DNA of 64,000 nucleotides, from IMG/VR virus record IMGVR_UViG_3300032373_000001. One strand, written 5' to 3'. Positions 62,380 to 64,000 of the stretch are shown here, piece after piece. Made by a program: the position numbers and the translations under genes. Origin of the DNA: a virus (lineage: Duplodnaviria > Caudoviricetes). Below the pieces are notes generated by a model that saw only the letters and a program-made list of their open reading frames with translations, was not told the origin of the DNA and did not search any database. The stretch's first letter is position 1. Each line of letters starts with the position of its first letter.

Positions 62380-62525
62380 CGGCTATCCTTTCTTAGGTTA
62401 GATAACCTTACCCGAATGGGGCGCAGAATCAAAAACTTACCCGAAGCAGACGCGCCTTCGTGCCTACTCCACGCCCAAACTAAGGTTGTTTAGGGTTTAG
62501 CGAAAACGTAGGTTAAACGCCGATT

Positions 62526-63425
62526 TTAGGTGAAGTTGCGGGGGCTAAGTACGCCTCGACCGACGTGGCTCCCAAAGGCCGACCGGACCCCCCGCCCGAA
62601 GCGAGGTTGTTGTAGTCCCCGCAAATATTTCTCAGTTTGCTGCTTGGCAGTAGTCAACTTATCCCACTGTTCCTCAGCGTTCCTCTTGAGGTCCATGTAG
62701 GAGGAGGTCTTGTCCACGTCGAGAGAGATCCCCCCGATCGAGTAGTTGAAGCTGTCAGCCGTCCATCTATACGCCAGCATCTGAGCAGCGGTGACCAGCC
62801 CGCCCCAGAGCAGCGCCGACTTGTAAGCGGGACGCTTCTGGCACATGGCATCCACCGTGGGATAGAGGCGGTCGGTGTTGGGTGGGTGGAGGTTCCACTT
62901 CCAGACGGCGATCTCCAAGAACTCAGCGAACTCCTCATCCGTCCAGATGTAGCCGAAGACCTGGTTGTTGCAACCGATAGAGCCTTCCCCTTGCGGGGGA
63001 CGGAAGCGATAGACTCGGTCGGGGGAATTGTCCCCGGTCATAACCCTGAGCTTTCCTATCAAATCCTGAACACAGGCCGAGTAGGGGGAGTCGGGGATCT
63101 GGTTGTCTCCGACCACGCCAAACTCCATCACCACCTCTTCCTGCGGAGAGGTGGACTCCTTGCGGAACTTCCATCGGATCCGGTAGCAGCCGATGGCGGC
63201 GCTGGTCGGAATCAGCAGTGCCGCGTAGTATTCGCCCACCTGGGGGTTGACCGGCGTGCGCTGGTCGGTGCCGATCAAGACCTCTTGCCCCGTCTGGGGG
63301 TCCACGTAGTAGACGGCATAGGAAATCGAGAAGGCGTTGGTGGGGTTGCCGGTGTCGTCAACCATCTCAATCCAGAGGTCTCCGCGACCCAGCGTCTGCC
63401 CCTGTTCGAAGGTGGTAGTGCTCAT
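62526..63425 (-). CDS. putative head-tail adaptor / neck protein with N-terminal Ig-like domain
   Basis: KLRVMTGD...IWTDEEFAEFL, SFNYSIGGISL resemble adaptor motifs; CCTATAA upstream. Confidence 0.55.
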   Translation of the reverse strand: MSTTTFEQGQTLGRGDLWIEMVDDTGNPTNAFSISYAVYYVDPQTGQEVLIGTDQRTPVNPQVGEYYAALLIPTSAAIGCYRIRWKFRKESTSPQEEVVMEFGVVGDNQIPDSPYSACVQDLIGKLRVMTGDNSPDRVYRFRPPQGEGSIGCNNQVFGYIWTDEEFAEFLEIAVWKWNLHPPNTDRLYPTVDAMCQKRPAYKSALLWGGLVTAAQMLAYRWTADSFNYSIGGISLDVDKTSSYMDLKRNAEEQWDKLTTAKQQTEKYLRGLQQPRFGRGVRSAFGSHVGRGVLSPRNFT

Positions 63426-63483
63426 AGATGAAGCCTCCCGTTAAGGAGGCCCACCTTATAGGCTGGGGAGGGCGCAAGGAACC

Positions 63484-63864
63484 TTAACGCCAGCCGAGCT
63501 CCGTCGCGGCTTCGTCCTCATCCATGCCCTTGTAGGTCCAGCCATTCCGGTTGGACCAGGAGAGGTCATAGTTGTCGCCGCCGCGCTTCAGGTCCTTCTC
63601 GAGGATCTCGTAGATAGCGCCGGGGACGTCCTCACCCGCCACCATGTCCCCGAGCTCGTCCCGGAGATCCAGGAGGTCGACCGAATCCAGGGTACGGTCA
63701 TTCACTGCGATCGTCACCATGTTCCGATCCACCCGGAGGGTGACGTTCTTGTAGCTGGCCTTCTTGAGTCCCGCCAGGATGGCGCGTCGGTTCTCGTCTC
63801 CCTTCGGGAGAGAAGAGGCGAGACGGATGAGGGCAATACGGTCTTGCTTGCTGATCTTGTTCAT
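63484..63864 (-). CDS. protein with N-terminal LIRLASSLPKGDE leader
   Basis: MNKISKQDRIALIRLASSLPKGDENRRAILAGLKKAS; AGGAGAACCC RBS; CCTTATAG upstream. Confidence 0.8.
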   Translation of the reverse strand: MNKISKQDRIALIRLASSLPKGDENRRAILAGLKKASYKNVTLRVDRNMVTIAVNDRTLDSVDLLDLRDELGDMVAGEDVPGAIYEILEKDLKRGGDNYDLSWSNRNGWTYKGMDEDEAATELGWR

Positions 63865-64000
63865 GAGAGGGTTCTCCTGGTACATGTAGCCCTATAAGGC
63901 TAAAAAAAACCTGCCGTAGCGCTTGGTGCCGATGAGGAACCCGTTCTTGGCCCGCTGGGTGGACCTGTGGTTGCCCTCATAGCTCTGGACGAAGTTGTAG

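Noticed and set aside
63902-63909. A8 homopolymer as slippage or phase-variation site
   Set aside because: It lies in the last codons of a partial gene at the window edge; no supporting alternative frame
1-64000. Stop-codon reassignment, CRISPR mini-array, DGR or reverse transcriptase, integrase
   Set aside because: Genes are full length and tile densely under the standard code, using TGA, TAA and TAG stops; no repeat-spacer array, YxDD RT motif or recombinase motif found by eye

Overview
The window is a 64-kb, high-GC, gene-dense segment of a large tailed dsDNA bacteriophage, probably a jumbo-type myovirus. The only host hint is a small ORF that suggests Myxococcota, and that is weak. I found no rRNA, convincing tRNA, CRISPR array, integrase, transposase or reverse transcriptase. 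Positions 1-22.4 kb (minus strand) hold accessory genes (CX5R phosphatase, SprT and M48-like proteases, AAA+ ATPase) and a replication module: family-A DNA polymerase with a Zn-ribbon insert, stand-alone primase Zn domain, DnaB helicase, degenerate DnaC-like loader and dNMP kinase. Positions 22.5-26.2 kb (plus) hold a PG-binding pseudo-peptidase and a SNF2 helicase. Positions 26.2-41 kb (minus) are a tail/baseplate block with two paralogous giant proteins and a 1767-aa beta-helix tailspike. Positions 41-64 kb are small hypothetical genes interleaved with isolated virion genes (baseplate wedge, head-tail adaptor) and a multi-zinc-finger Vsr-like endonuclease. The main observations are: (1) dispersed genes sharing N-terminal leader peptides, RBS context and an upstream CYTAT(A) box, a candidate virion cargo-addressing system; (2) a natural zinc-finger-array nuclease; (3) a NusA acidic-repeat-like protein; (4) two recurrent upstream DNA motifs. 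All family assignments come from motif recognition by eye; no database search was run.
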